Positions 47,279-48,000 of a DNA stretch of 48,000 bases are shown here, piece by piece. The notes under the pieces are model-generated. The model ran no database searches. It saw nothing but the letters and a program-made list of their open reading frames with translations, and was not told the DNA's origin. Made by a program: the position numbers and the translations under genes. The DNA comes from Chromera velia. Lineage: Eukaryota. Location of the stretch: the NCBI GenBank assembly GCA_018398765.1, contig JAHBMJ010000429.1:1-48000 (forward strand). The letters run 5' to 3'. Numbering within the stretch: the first letter of the stretch is position 1; every line of letters begins with the position of its first letter.

Positions 47279-47652
47279 GGCGATACAGTCAGAAATTTTA
47301 GCAGCGCTTCACGGTGTGGTCCTGTCTGATGTCGATTTATGGCAGATCGAGGATAGAAAGTGGGGTTCCGTCAGAAATTCCAGCAGCGCTTCGCGATGTG
47401 GTCCTGCTTCTTCTTCTTGCAGATACAGGACACCAAAGGGACAGCCAAGTCGAGGGCATATAAATTGAGGTTTGAGTTGATGGCTCGCAGGTGTGGGCTC
47501 CTGTAGTATGCGTGTAGATGATCACAGCGTTCTGGTTTCCTCTGGGTGAACCTTCTCTGGGCGAAGAAGGTGGTCTGCGTTGCTTGCAGAATAGTTGTTG
47601 TTCGGCAGAGAAGGTTGGTCTCCGTTCACTCAGCTCTTTGATCTTCTTGATC

Positions 47653-47670
47653 TCGAGCTAGGCGTCACCA
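47653..47670 (-). other. tRNA primer-binding site of the Gypsy element
   Basis: TGGTGACGCCTAGCTCGA on the - strand, 2 nt inside the 5' LTR boundary; complementary to a tRNA ending ...GUCACCA. Confidence 0.8.
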
Positions 47671-47672
47671 CG

Positions 47673-48000
47673 TGTTAAGGTCTACTTAGAGGGGTTGGTG
47701 CTAGTGAGTGCTTGCAGAGGTTCAAGGGTCTTCAGGGCTTGATGTCACTGGAGCGGTTCAGGTCGATCCCTCGTGACAGACTCGATCGATATCAGGAGCA
47801 TGGAGCTTTCTTGCGATTCAGCGATCGATCTGATTTCATAGTAGTCTTCCAGAAAGTCTTTCGGAAGTTAGTACAGGACGTTAACGTCCCGTCTCTTTTC
47901 TTGTTGATCCTTAAAAAGGCAGGTAGCAAGGATTGAACTTATGATCTTCTGTTTGTTAATGTTGTATGTTAATCACTAAGTCATGAACGTAAGCAACACA
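47673..48000 (-). repeat. 5' LTR of the Gypsy element (partial)
   Basis: Matches the 33514 LTR copy; adjacent PBS. Confidence 0.9.

Larger units (their letters stand above)
33514..48000 (-). mobile_element. Ty3/Gypsy LTR retrotransposon with chromodomain integrase (chromovirus-like), degenerate; runs off the window end
   Basis: LTR pair beginning TGTTAAGGTCTACTTAGAGGGG at 33514 and 47673; PBS at 47653-47670. Domain order on the - strand is gag-protease-RT-RNaseH-integrase-chromodomain, with many stops and frameshifts. Confidence 0.95.

Overview
Eukaryotic nuclear DNA with spliceosomal GT-AG introns, microsatellite-filled introns and TGCATG(CA)-rich promoters. The style suggests a chromerid/alveolate such as Chromera velia, but that assignment is inference. 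Host genes: a 5'-truncated unknown ORF, an intronless RING-CH (MARCH-type) membrane E3 ligase (2681-4216), a 2-exon cytochrome-b5-fused front-end fatty-acid desaturase (18460-20657, -), a NAK-family (AAK1/BIKE-like) kinase of at least 10 exons (21676-28242, -) and a divergently transcribed calmodulin/centrin-like EF-hand gene (29787-~31881, +). Much of the rest is nested, decayed transposons: a hAT-type element carrying a captured MYND-finger exon, a foldback element, a 2.5-kb non-autonomous LTR element, two deletion derivatives of one hAT family (both inserted at LTR ends) and a >14-kb chromodomain Ty3/Gypsy element with a ~4-kb extra 3' region. The strongest signal is that the repeat pairs, and the inactivating changes in TE proteins, show a marked CpA->TpA / TpG->TpA transition bias (plus CpG decay), while single-copy genes are intact. 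This looks like RIP-like repeat-directed hypermutation in an apparently non-fungal genome. All alignments and counts were done by eye.
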